NCBI GenBank assembly: GCA_963817385.1
Contig: CAWFOM010000005.1
Coordinates: 96,001-160,000, forward strand
Direction: 5' to 3'
DNA from: an uncultured delta proteobacterium
GTDB taxonomy: Bacteria; Desulfobacterota; Syntrophia; Syntrophales; UBA5619
Length of the DNA stretch: 64,000 nt
The notes under the pieces are model-generated. The model was not told the origin of the DNA. It searched no databases and saw nothing but the letters and a program-made list of their open reading frames with translations. This document shows positions 50,059 through 59,457 of this stretch, in pieces (within the stretch, counting starts at the first letter, position 1; each line of letters starts with the position of its first letter). A program made the translations under genes and the position numbers.

Positions 50059-51042
50059 ATGAACAGAACGCGTATTCAATGCTTGTCCGTCGGTTTGGTA
50101 TTATCGCTCGGCCTATTCCTGACGCAGGCCCAGGCGGCCGACAAACCGAAAGATTATCCCAACAAGCCCGTTACGATTCAGATCGGTTTTGGCGCAGGCG
50201 GGAGCAGCGACGTGGGGGTGCGCATTCTGGCCGATTCCCTCAAGAAGATCATCGGGCAGCCCGTCCTGGCGGAGAACAAGCCGGGCGCAGGCGGCCAGGT
50301 GATGTGGACCGATTTCAAGAACAACGCCAAGCCCGACGGCTACACGCTGGCGCTGGTCAACATCCCGCAACTGCAGACCGTCGTCTTCGACCCGGTGCGC
50401 AAGCCCCTCTTCACCATGAAGGACTTCCAGCCCGTAGCAAACCATGTGCAGGACCCGGGCGCCATCTTGGTCAGGAAGGAGAGTCCCTACAAAACACTGG
50501 AGGACCTGCTCAACGACGCGAAGGCGAGGCCGGGCCAGGTGAAGGTCTCCACCACGGGGATCGGGAGCGACGACCACCTGGCGGTGCTGGACGTCGAGCG
50601 CCGGGCAAACGTCAAATTCAACACCATCCATCTGCAGGACACCCCGACTGCCCTTACACGGGTCCTGGGCGGCCACACCGATGCGAATTTCGACAATGTC
50701 GGCGGATTCCTGCCGTCGGTGAAGTCCGGCCTGGCAAGGATCCTGGCGGTGATGATGGAGCAGCGGTACCCGGATCTTCCGGATGTCCCGACGTTCAAGG
50801 AGCGGGGTTTCGACCTCATCTCCTCCTCGACCCGCGGGTACGTGTTCCCGGCCGGAACCCCGATGGAGATCGTGAGATACATGGAGCAGTCCATCAAGAA
50901 GGCGATGGATGATCCGGATCACAAAGCACGGATGGAGCAGGCGGGACTTACCTTGAAGTTCATGGGCGTTGAGGAGTTCGGCAAGTTCCTTGAAAGCCAG
51001 AACGACCGCGCGAAGCAACTGATCGGCATGTACCGTAAATGA
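50059..51042 (+). CDS. tctC: tripartite tricarboxylate transporter substrate-binding protein
   Basis: YP.KPV, GFGAGGSSD, ENKPGAGG, KPDGYTL. Confidence 0.93.
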   Translation: MNRTRIQCLSVGLVLSLGLFLTQAQAADKPKDYPNKPVTIQIGFGAGGSSDVGVRILADSLKKIIGQPVLAENKPGAGGQVMWTDFKNNAKPDGYTLALVNIPQLQTVVFDPVRKPLFTMKDFQPVANHVQDPGAILVRKESPYKTLEDLLNDAKARPGQVKVSTTGIGSDDHLAVLDVERRANVKFNTIHLQDTPTALTRVLGGHTDANFDNVGGFLPSVKSGLARILAVMMEQRYPDLPDVPTFKERGFDLISSSTRGYVFPAGTPMEIVRYMEQSIKKAMDDPDHKARMEQAGLTLKFMGVEEFGKFLESQNDRAKQLIGMYRK

Positions 51043-51500
51043 GCCGTGTCAACACCATCGTCTGGGGACTGCTGGCCGCCTTCGGGGCCTTCATCGTTCA
51101 TGAGTCCCTGGACCACAGCTACTATGGGAGCGATTTCGGCCCGGGGCCGGGATTCTTTTCCTTCTGGCTGGGGATCCTGTTGATCGTCTTGTCCATTTTC
51201 CAGATCGTCATGACCACCCGCCGTCCGGCGGAACCTCTGCCGGACGGTTTCATCCCGGATCGGGAAGGCGTCAAGCGCATGCTGAGCATCATGGCTGCGC
51301 TCACGGCATCGCTATTCCTGATGAATTATCTGGGCTTCAGCCTGACCATGATGGGATTCTGCGTCTTTCTGCTGCGCAGACTGGGGCGACAGTCCTGGTT
51401 GCTGACCCTCATTCTCTCGGCCGCGGCGAGCTTCGGCACGGCATACCTCTTCGCGCTATTGCAGGTGATGCTGCCGAAGGGATTTTTCGGGTTTATGTAA
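51039..51500 (+). CDS. tctB: TctB family membrane protein
   Basis: Four TM segments, GPGPGFF, LP.G. Confidence 0.88.
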   Translation: MSRVNTIVWGLLAAFGAFIVHESLDHSYYGSDFGPGPGFFSFWLGILLIVLSIFQIVMTTRRPAEPLPDGFIPDREGVKRMLSIMAALTASLFLMNYLGFSLTMMGFCVFLLRRLGRQSWLLTLILSAAASFGTAYLFALLQVMLPKGFFGFM

Positions 51501-51513
51501 GAGAGGAGAGCGC

Positions 51514-53025
51514 GTGGAGGCATTTCACCATCTGCTGACGGGGTTCGTGACGGCGATGTCACCCATGAACCTCTTGTTTGCCACCCTCGGCTGTGTTCTG
51601 GGAACGTTGATCGGTGTCCTTCCGGGATTGGGGCCCGCTGCCGGAACGGCGCTCCTCATTCCCCTTACCTTCAAGCTGGATCCCACCGCCGCCATCATCA
51701 TGCTCTCGGCCATCTACTACGGGGCGATGTATGGGGGGACCATCACCTCGGTCCTCATCAACGTCCCGGGTGAGGCGGCGAGCGTCGTGACCTGCCTCGA
51801 CGGCTACGAGATGGCCAAGCAGGGACGGGCCGGTGCAGCCCTGGGGATTGCGGCCATCGGGTCGTTCTTCGGGGGAACGGTGGCAACCTTCGGGCTCGTC
51901 CTCGTGGCGCTCCCGTTGACCCGCTTCGCCCTGAAGTTCGGTCCTACGGAATACTTTTCGCTCCTTCTCGTCGGACTCTCCCTGGTCATGGGCCTGGCCG
52001 GAAAGTCGCTGGCCAAGGCCCTGGTTATGGGGGTCCTGGGCCTCATCTTCTCATTCGTGGGGGTGGACCCCATCGAGGGGGCGCCGCGCTTCACCTTCGG
52101 CATCGCGCCCCTCATGGACGGGATCCGTTTCGTCCCGGTGGTCATGGGCTTTTTCGGCATCGGCGAGATCCTGATCAACGCGGAAAAATCCCTCGTCAGC
52201 GTGATGGCGGAGGGGGGGAAGGTTTCGTCCTTTTTCCCGCGACGGGACGAATGGCGGATCTCGGTCACCTCGATCATTCGCGGTACGGGACTCGGGTTTT
52301 TCCTGGGCTTGATTCCCGGTACGAATTCCGCCGTCGCCTCGTTCATGTCATACGCCATCGAGCGGAAGGTCTCGAACCACCCGGATAAGTTCGGCACGGG
52401 CGTAATCGAGGGGGTGGCGGCGCCGGAGACGGCCAACAACGCCTATGCGAATGCCGCCCTCATCCCGCTCTTCACCCTGGGGCTCCCCGGGTCGCCGACG
52501 ATCGCCATATTGATGGGGGCGCTCATCATGAACGGGCTGACACCCGGGCCGCTCCTCTTCTCGCAGCACGCCACCTTCGTCTGGGCGGTGATCGCCAGCC
52601 TCTACATCGGCAATGTCATCCTGCTGGTCCTGAATCTGCCGCTCGTCGGCTGGTGGGCGAAGCTGCTCAAGATCCCCTACAATATCCTGATGGTGTTCAT
52701 CCTGGTCTTCTGCATCATCGGGGCCTACAGCCTCAACAACAGCCTGTTCGACGTCGGGATGATGATTATCTGCGGCCTGCTGGGGTATCTCTTCAAGAAG
52801 CTCGACTTCCCCCTGGCCCCGGCGATTCTCACGCTGATCCTGGGCCCCCTGATGGAGCGGAGCCTGCGCGAATCCCTGTCGAGCTCGCAGGGCGACTACA
52901 CCATTTTTTTCACCCGCCCGATCTCCTTGTTCTTCCTTGTACTGGCAGCGATCATCCTGGCCACGTCCGCCTGGCAGGCCTGGCCGTCGGCCATACGCGA
53001 GGAGAGCAAAGAGGCACAAGTATAA
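51514..53025 (+). CDS. tctA: TctA family permease
   Basis: G.LPGLG, YGG.ITS.L.N.PGE, PETANNA. Confidence 0.95.
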   Translation: MEAFHHLLTGFVTAMSPMNLLFATLGCVLGTLIGVLPGLGPAAGTALLIPLTFKLDPTAAIIMLSAIYYGAMYGGTITSVLINVPGEAASVVTCLDGYEMAKQGRAGAALGIAAIGSFFGGTVATFGLVLVALPLTRFALKFGPTEYFSLLLVGLSLVMGLAGKSLAKALVMGVLGLIFSFVGVDPIEGAPRFTFGIAPLMDGIRFVPVVMGFFGIGEILINAEKSLVSVMAEGGKVSSFFPRRDEWRISVTSIIRGTGLGFFLGLIPGTNSAVASFMSYAIERKVSNHPDKFGTGVIEGVAAPETANNAYANAALIPLFTLGLPGSPTIAILMGALIMNGLTPGPLLFSQHATFVWAVIASLYIGNVILLVLNLPLVGWWAKLLKIPYNILMVFILVFCIIGAYSLNNSLFDVGMMIICGLLGYLFKKLDFPLAPAILTLILGPLMERSLRESLSSSQGDYTIFFTRPISLFFLVLAAIILATSAWQAWPSAIREESKEAQV

Positions 53026-53090
53026 CAAGGGACCAAAAGTGTAAGCTCGCGGGGCCCGCAATTCCGTCTTGACAAGCGGTCTCGTACTAA

Positions 53091-53110
53091 TATATCACAT
53101 ATCACATATC
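53091..53110. promoter_or_regulatory. operator-like ATATCAC repeats upstream of tctC2
   Basis: TATATCACATATCACATATC; shares GATATGTGATAT with the site at 49808; TTGACA at 53069-53074. Confidence 0.55.
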
Positions 53111-53135
53111 AACCCACAAACCCAGGAGGTGAACC

Positions 53136-54191
53136 ATGCAATCGATCAGTCGTCCCCATGTATCGCTTTTCGCCACACGAAAACCGGAGAATAGCGCCGG
53201 TATGCGGACACGAACCGGCATCCCGCAGGGTCTGCGGCGCCGGCCCGGCCGGTACGGTTGGATTCTGGCCCTGGCCTGCACGATTCTCATCGGCGTCCTG
53301 CCGGCCGGGGCGCAGGATTGGCCGACCAAACCCATCGAGGTGGTGGTCGGATACGCCCCCGGGGGCGGAACCGACATGGTGGCCCGCGCCATCGCCGACG
53401 TAGCGGCGAAGTACCTGGGCCAGCCCCTGGTCGTCAACAACAAGCCCGGGGCCACCGGGATCATCGGCTCGCAGTACGTCTACAGCTCGAAGCCCGACGG
53501 CTATACGCTCGTCGTGGCGGGGGGGAGCGAGACGGTCTCCGTGCCCCACTTCAAGAGCCTGCCGTTCAACCCCATCACCGATTTTGATCCCGTCATCCGT
53601 CTCATGGTGGAGCGGATCGGATTCTATGTGAGGACCGACAGCCCGTGGAAGACCATGAAAGACTTCATCGCGGATGCAAAGCAGAATCCCGAGAAGTACA
53701 GCTATGCCACCGCGGGCCTCGGCGGTATGCACCATTCCACCATGCTGGTGACGGAAAAGCGGACGGGAATCAAACTGACCCACGTGCCGCACAAGGGGGG
53801 CGCGGAAACGCTGACCGCCCTGGCCGGCGGCCATGTGAACGTGGCGATGGCCTCGCCCAACGAGGCCTACGCCCTGGTGCAGGGGGGCCGGGTGCGCTGC
53901 CTGGCCATTTCGGCTCTGGAGCGCTCGCCGACTGAGCCGAACGCGCCGACGATGCGGGAGCTCGGCTATGACGTCTATATCGACAACCAGAAGGGATTCG
54001 TCTACCCGAAAGGCGTGCCCCAGCCGATCCGGCAGAAGTTCCACGACGCCGTGAAGAAGGCCTACGACGATCCGCAGTTCAGGGCCAGCGCCGACAAGCT
54101 GAAGCTCGAGTTGTCCTACTTGAACGGGGAGGATTTCCGCAAGGCCCTGAAGAGCATGTACGACCAGATCGGCGAGTCGGTAAAGAAGTAG
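53136..54191 (+). CDS. tctC: tripartite tricarboxylate transporter substrate-binding protein
   Basis: WPTKPI, YAPGGGTD, NKPGATG, KPDGYTL; start uncertain. Confidence 0.92.
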   Translation: MQSISRPHVSLFATRKPENSAGMRTRTGIPQGLRRRPGRYGWILALACTILIGVLPAGAQDWPTKPIEVVVGYAPGGGTDMVARAIADVAAKYLGQPLVVNNKPGATGIIGSQYVYSSKPDGYTLVVAGGSETVSVPHFKSLPFNPITDFDPVIRLMVERIGFYVRTDSPWKTMKDFIADAKQNPEKYSYATAGLGGMHHSTMLVTEKRTGIKLTHVPHKGGAETLTALAGGHVNVAMASPNEAYALVQGGRVRCLAISALERSPTEPNAPTMRELGYDVYIDNQKGFVYPKGVPQPIRQKFHDAVKKAYDDPQFRASADKLKLELSYLNGEDFRKALKSMYDQIGESVKK

Positions 54192-54193
54192 CC

Positions 54194-54330
54194 TTGATGA
54201 ACCATAAAAAGTCTCCCCAAGCCGTCATACCGGCGAAAGCCGGTATCCAGAAATATTGGGGAACACTGGATTCCGTGTCAAGCACGGAATGACGAAACAG
54301 GGGGGAATCGACTTTTTCCGAAGCTGTCAA
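54194..54330. repeat. MITE-like element containing an inverted REP-like pair
   Basis: Outer imperfect IR TTGATGAACCATAAAAAGTC / GACTTTTTCCGAAGCTGTCAA; inner GTCATACCGGCGAAAGCCGGTATCCAG...CTGGATTCCGTGTCAAGCACGGAATGAC (54224-54293). Confidence 0.7.
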
Positions 54331-54359
54331 CCTTGAACGCATTCGGGGAAGCAAACCGT

Positions 54360-54809
54360 ATGAACGTGGATCGATTTCTCGGCGTAGGGGCCGTCCTCCT
54401 GGCGATACCGGTTGCCGTCGCCTCCTGGGGATATGGGGTGGGAAGCCCCAAATCCCCGGGAGCGGGCTTCTGGCCGCTCGTCATCGCTGCGGTGATGGCG
54501 GGCCTGGGTCTCACGCTCATCCTGCGTCCGACGCCGAATGCCGGGGGAGAGGCCGGGAAGTCGCGCTGGGGAAAATTCGGCATCTCCCTCGGGACGTTAT
54601 TATTCTATGTAGCCGCGCTCGAGCCGCTCGGATACCTGCCGGCAACAGCCGTCATGCTTTTTGTGCAGTTTCGCTGGGTGGAGAGCCGCTCCTGGCGCTC
54701 GAGCATCGCCATCGCGCTCACGGCGGCGGTCGTATCGCTCATCCTTTTCCGGGTCCTGCTGAAGGTTTCTCTTCCCACCGGCGTGATCCCGCTGCCCCCG
54801 GGCTGGTAA
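54360..54809 (+). CDS. tctB: TctB family membrane protein
   Basis: PGAGFWP, LEPLGY, LP.G. Confidence 0.88.
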   Translation: MNVDRFLGVGAVLLAIPVAVASWGYGVGSPKSPGAGFWPLVIAAVMAGLGLTLILRPTPNAGGEAGKSRWGKFGISLGTLLFYVAALEPLGYLPATAVMLFVQFRWVESRSWRSSIAIALTAAVVSLILFRVLLKVSLPTGVIPLPPGW

Positions 54810-54828
54810 AACCGGCCTCTCGTAAGGA

Positions 54829-56352
54829 GTGACTTTGGATACTATCGGCGCCCTGTTCCACGGATTTGCCATCGCCCTGACGCCTGGAAATCTCCTGGCC
54901 GTCCTCGCGGGTGCCTTTATCGGTACGGTGATCGGCGTCCTGCCGGGCCTCGGGCCCACGGCGACCCTGGCGCTCCTGCTGCCGATCACCATCGGCATGG
55001 ATATGGTCACCGCGCTCATCATGATGTCCGGGATCTACTACGGTGCAATGTACGGGGGCTCGACAACCTCCATCCTCGTCAATATCCCCGGCGAGGCCGC
55101 CTCCGTCGTCACCTGCATCGACGGCTATCAGATGGCCCGGCAGGGCCGGGCGGGGCCGGCGCTCGGGATGTCGGCCTTCGGTTCGTTCATCGGCGGCACC
55201 GTCAGCGTGGTGGCGGTGATGCTGATCTCCCCCTTTCTGGCGGAAACCGCCCTGAAGTTCGGGGCGCCGGAGATGTTCGCCCTGCTCTTCTTCGCCTTCA
55301 TCTGTATCGGCGGGCTGACCGGGCGCTCCCGGGCGCAGGGTCTCCTCATGGCGACCGTCGGGCTCCTGTTGGGGGCGGTCGGCACCGACGACATCCAGGG
55401 GGTGGACCGCTTCACCTTCGGCCAGCTTTACCTCCAGGACGGCATCGGCCTCGTGCCGCTGGCCATGGGGATCTTCGGCCTCGGCGAGATCCTCTTCAAT
55501 ATCGAAAAACGGGCTGCACAGGGATCGATCCTCGAAACCCCGAAGAGCCTCCTGCCGACGGCCGAGGACTGGAAGAGATCGACGCTGCCCATCGCGCGGG
55601 GGAGCCTCCTCGGCTTCCTCATCGGGATCATCCCGGGCGGGATGCCGGCGGTGGCCTCGCTCATGAGTTACGCAGTGGAAAAGCGGGTTTCCCGGCGCCC
55701 GGAGGAATTCGGGCACGGGGCGATCGAAGGGGTGGCCGGCCCCGAGACGGCGAACAACGCCGCCACGGCCGGGGGATTCGTGCCGCTCCTCACGCTCGGC
55801 ATTCCCACCAACAGCGTGCTGGCCCTCATGCTTGCGGCGATGATGCTCCACGGGGTCACCCCGGGGCCGCTCCTGCTCCTGAAGTGGCCGGACGTCTTCT
55901 GGGGGGTGATCGCCAGCATGTATATCGGCAACATCATGCTTCTGGTCCTCAACGTGCCGATGATCGGGCTCTTCGTCCAGATCCTCAAGGTGCCCTACGG
56001 GATACTCTCGCCGCTCATCATCATGTTCATCATGCTGGGCGCGTATGCCCTGAAAAACAGCGTGAGCGACGTCCTGGCCACGATCGTATTCGGCCTGATG
56101 GGATACCTGATGAAGCGCTTCGGCGTCGAGCCCGCTCCGCTGATCCTGGCCTTCGTCCTGGGTCCGATGCTGGAGAACAACCTGAGCAAGTCGCTCATCA
56201 TGTCCCATACCGGCAGCCCGCTCTTCTTCTTTTCGCGGCCCATTTCGGGGGTCCTCCTATCGCTTGCCATCCTGGTCCTGATCTATCCCCTGGTCCGATG
56301 GGCCTGGCGGCGATGGACGCGGGGGGCTTCTGTTTCCGGCATGTCCGGGTAA
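54829..56352 (+). CDS. tctA: TctA family permease
   Basis: [29 protein letters not shown]. Confidence 0.95.
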   Translation: MTLDTIGALFHGFAIALTPGNLLAVLAGAFIGTVIGVLPGLGPTATLALLLPITIGMDMVTALIMMSGIYYGAMYGGSTTSILVNIPGEAASVVTCIDGYQMARQGRAGPALGMSAFGSFIGGTVSVVAVMLISPFLAETALKFGAPEMFALLFFAFICIGGLTGRSRAQGLLMATVGLLLGAVGTDDIQGVDRFTFGQLYLQDGIGLVPLAMGIFGLGEILFNIEKRAAQGSILETPKSLLPTAEDWKRSTLPIARGSLLGFLIGIIPGGMPAVASLMSYAVEKRVSRRPEEFGHGAIEGVAGPETANNAATAGGFVPLLTLGIPTNSVLALMLAAMMLHGVTPGPLLLLKWPDVFWGVIASMYIGNIMLLVLNVPMIGLFVQILKVPYGILSPLIIMFIMLGAYALKNSVSDVLATIVFGLMGYLMKRFGVEPAPLILAFVLGPMLENNLSKSLIMSHTGSPLFFFSRPISGVLLSLAILVLIYPLVRWAWRRWTRGASVSGMSG

Positions 56353-56363
56353 AGGAATAGCGT

Positions 56364-57053
56364 ATGCCTCGACAAAATCTGCAGTTGGGGAAATTGCTTC
56401 CCGCGCCGTCCCTGAAAGAGATGGCCCTGGCAACCATCAAGGAGGCCCTGCTCGCCCGGAAGCTGGAACGGGACGTGATGTATACCGAAGCGGCGCTCAC
56501 GGATGAAATGGGGATCTCGCGGACCCCCGTGCGGGAGGCCCTGATCCACCTCGCCTCCCGGGGATTGATCACTTATTTCCCGCGCAAAGGTTTCAAGATC
56601 AAACTGCTCACGGAAAAGGACGTCCGGAATCTTTTCGAGCTGCGGCTTTCCCTGGAGCTGACCGTCATCCGCCACATCACCCCCGGCCTGACGAAAAAGG
56701 CCCTCGCCGAGATTGAGCGGGTCCGCGCCAAGTACGAAAAGATCGTGCAGAAGGATGATCCGATGGAATCGATCCACGCCAATATGGCGTTTCACGCCTG
56801 CCTGGCGGGCCTGACCGGCAACTCCTATCTCATCAGCGCCCTGGATGAGATCGGAGACCTGATCAATCTCGCCAGTGCCCGGAGCCTCGAAATCGACTCG
56901 CGAATCCATGAGGCCCTTGAAGAGCACGAGAGGATTGTTACCGAGCTTAAAAGACAGTCCCTGCGCGGAGCCTTGCGGGAGATGGAGGCCCACATCTGCA
57001 CGACCGAGGAGCGGGTGTTGGCCAGGATCCGGAATTCAAAAACCCGGCGGTAG
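56364..57053 (+). CDS. GntR family regulator (FCD domain)
   Basis: E..L..EMGISRTPVREAL, N.AFH, EH..I, H. Confidence 0.93.
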   Translation: MPRQNLQLGKLLPAPSLKEMALATIKEALLARKLERDVMYTEAALTDEMGISRTPVREALIHLASRGLITYFPRKGFKIKLLTEKDVRNLFELRLSLELTVIRHITPGLTKKALAEIERVRAKYEKIVQKDDPMESIHANMAFHACLAGLTGNSYLISALDEIGDLINLASARSLEIDSRIHEALEEHERIVTELKRQSLRGALREMEAHICTTEERVLARIRNSKTRR

Positions 57054-57088
57054 ATATGTTATTAGTCTGGCAACTAAACATATGAAAT

Positions 57089-57153
57089 GTCATGCCGGAC
57101 CTGATCCGGCATCCAGTCCATTAATTCTGGATTCCGGCTTTCGCCGGAATGAC
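57089..57153. repeat. inverted REP-like pair
   Basis: GTCATGCCGGACCTGATCCGGCATCCAG...CTGGATTCCGGCTTTCGCCGGAATGAC. Confidence 0.8.
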
Positions 57154-57198
57154 AACTTTTCATAAACTCAATAAACTGACGAAGAAAGGAAACAGAAG

Positions 57199-57993
57199 AT
57201 GGAATTCAAAAAGAACAGCTTAAGGGAAAAGATCCGCCGGGGCGAAGTGGCCCTGGGGACGGCACTCTATAGCTTCAGCCCGGCGCTCATCGAGCTGGCC
57301 GGGTATACGGGGCTCGATTTCTGCCGGATCGATAACGAGCACGCCTGGCGGCAGGACGAGAGCGCCGAAAACATGCTCCGGGGGGCGCTCCTGTCGGGGA
57401 TCTGCCCGCTCCTCCGGGTGGACCGGGACAACCCCTACCTGGTGCGGAAGGCCCTCGAAGCGGGGGCCGGCGGCGTGATCGTCCCCCATGTCCATGACCA
57501 GAAGGATGCCGAGGAGATCGTCCAGGCGGCCAAGTTTCCCCCCTTCGGCAAGCGGGGCTACGGCGGCCTCTGCCTTTCCGGGCAGTGGGGCGTCAACGGA
57601 GGAACCGAATGGATGGAGTGGAGCAACGCCGAAACCCTCGTCATCCCGATGATCGAGGATATCTCCACAATCCCCCATCTGGACGCGATCCTTGCGACCG
57701 AGGGGGTGGATGCAGTCCTTTTCGGCCCGGCCGATTTCAGCATCTCGGCCGGCGTCCCGCTCCAGACGGGGCACGAAAAGGTGATGAGCGGCCTCCGGAA
57801 GGCGGTCGAGGCGGCCGACAAGCACGGCAAGTTCGTCATCTATCCGGGGGCGGGATTCCCCCAGTGGGAAACGGTCCACAAGGCAAAGGAGCTCGGGGTC
57901 AAGGCGATCGAACTCGGCCACGACGTGACGATCCTCCGCGCGGTGTGGGCAAAGACGATCCAGGCGCTCAAAACGGGCCCAGGTGGCGCATAG
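57199..57993 (+). CDS. HpcH/HpaI aldolase family protein
   Basis: IDNEH, LRV, FPP.G.RG, MIE, GPADFS. Confidence 0.92.
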   Translation: MEFKKNSLREKIRRGEVALGTALYSFSPALIELAGYTGLDFCRIDNEHAWRQDESAENMLRGALLSGICPLLRVDRDNPYLVRKALEAGAGGVIVPHVHDQKDAEEIVQAAKFPPFGKRGYGGLCLSGQWGVNGGTEWMEWSNAETLVIPMIEDISTIPHLDAILATEGVDAVLFGPADFSISAGVPLQTGHEKVMSGLRKAVEAADKHGKFVIYPGAGFPQWETVHKAKELGVKAIELGHDVTILRAVWAKTIQALKTGPGGA

Positions 57994-58010
57994 CAGGAAA
58001 GGATATCACG

Positions 58011-59072
58011 ATGGAGAAGAAAGATACGCCGTTCATCCCGGTTGCGGTTCTGCGGGATTTCTCGGTACGGTCATTTCAGGCAAGCGGACTTTCCCCGGAG
58101 CACGCCGGATGGATCTCGGATACCCTGATCCAAACGGAGCTGCGCGGGGTCGGCTCCCACGGGATCATTCGCCTGCCCTTCTACTGTAAGCGGCTCCTCG
58201 ACGGGGGATCGAACACCAACCCGGACGTCCGGATCGTCGCCCAGAAACCCGCATCGATCCTGGTCGACGGGGACAACGGCCTCGGACAGATCGTGAGCAT
58301 CAAGGCGATGGAGATGGTGATCGAGCGGGCCCGGACCCAGGGGATCTGTTTTGCCGGGGTGCGAAACAGTTGCCATTTCGGGATGACCGCCTATTATCCG
58401 CTGATGGCCCTCAAAAGCGGGATGATCGGGCTCGCCGGCTGCAACACGGCCACCGTCATGGCCCCCTGGGGCGGGGGTAAATCCGCGATCGGGAACAACC
58501 CCCTGGCGATCACGGTTCCGACGAATAAACCCTATCCCCTCGTTCTCGACATGGCGATGAGCGTGGTCGCCGGGGGGAAGGTCCGCCTGGAGGCGGTCAA
58601 GGGGACGAAGATCCCCCTCGGCTGGATCCTCGACGAGAAGGGCCGCCCGACGGACAACCCGGCGGACATGTTCCCCAACGGGACGCTGCTGCCGATGGGC
58701 TACAAGGGTTTCGGAATGGCGATCATGATCGAGATCCTCTCGGGCGTCCTGAGCAGGGCGGCCACCCTGAGCGAGATCCCCCTCTGGTTCGACAAGACCA
58801 CCACCCCCACGAACCTGGGGCATTTCTTCATGGCGATCGACATCGGGACCTTCCTCGCGCCCGATTCATTCAAGGATCTGGTCGGCCGGCTGATCGACGA
58901 ACTGAAGGCCGCGCCGCTGATGGAGGGCTCGGCCGGGATCTTCATGCCCGGCGAGATCGAGTATCTGAAGGAGCAGGAGTACCGCCAAAGCGGCATCCCC
59001 GTCTCCCCGGAGGTCATGAAGACCCTGGACGCCTTTGCGGAGAAGGTCGGCATTGCCCCGGTTCCCCGGTGA
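58011..59072 (+). CDS. Ldh_2 family oxidoreductase (malate/L-lactate/L-sulfolactate dehydrogenase-like)
   Basis: RGVGSHG, DGDNGLG, NSCHFG, GNNP, DMA.S, YKGFG, MPGE. Confidence 0.92.
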   Translation: MEKKDTPFIPVAVLRDFSVRSFQASGLSPEHAGWISDTLIQTELRGVGSHGIIRLPFYCKRLLDGGSNTNPDVRIVAQKPASILVDGDNGLGQIVSIKAMEMVIERARTQGICFAGVRNSCHFGMTAYYPLMALKSGMIGLAGCNTATVMAPWGGGKSAIGNNPLAITVPTNKPYPLVLDMAMSVVAGGKVRLEAVKGTKIPLGWILDEKGRPTDNPADMFPNGTLLPMGYKGFGMAIMIEILSGVLSRAATLSEIPLWFDKTTTPTNLGHFFMAIDIGTFLAPDSFKDLVGRLIDELKAAPLMEGSAGIFMPGEIEYLKEQEYRQSGIPVSPEVMKTLDAFAEKVGIAPVPR

Positions 59073-59087
59073 TTATTGTCCGTCTTT

Positions 59088-59125
59088 GCGCGCATTCCCC
59101 GCAACACGCCACGGGGAATGCGCGC
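59088..59125. terminator. 14-bp GC-rich hairpin after the Ldh_2 gene
   Basis: GCGCGCATTCCCCG-caacacgcca-CGGGGAATGCGCGC; no clear U-tract. Confidence 0.45.
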
Positions 59126-59240
59126 GCCGTGAATTCTCACAGATTCAACCGGCATACCATGCGGCGCCATCTGGGCCCGATCGACGACGACAATTTCAAT
59201 TCCTTTCCTCATTCGTGGAACAAGTGATGGCATGTTGCAT

Positions 59241-59330
59241 TGCTATGACAACGCTCCAAAGGGTAGCTTCTTGGGTGTGCTTAAGAGCGAACGGATCCGC
59301 CGCTACAGGTATGAGACCAGGCAAGAGGCA
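59241..59330 (+). pseudogene. IS3-family transposase OrfB fragment
   Basis: CYDNAPKGSFLGVLKSERIRRYRYETRQEA resembles the IS3 C(Y/W)DNAxxESF..LK.E region, with the catalytic E replaced. Confidence 0.65.
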
Positions 59331-59457
59331 ATGTATCGGGGCAGATGCTCTTCCAGGAGGGCGTTGGTTTGATTTCTGGTCCTGACCGCCACTGAATATC
59401 TTGTCACCTGACGTGGAACGAATTTACAGAGTGCCCATTTGTAGTGCTAAAAAAGCT

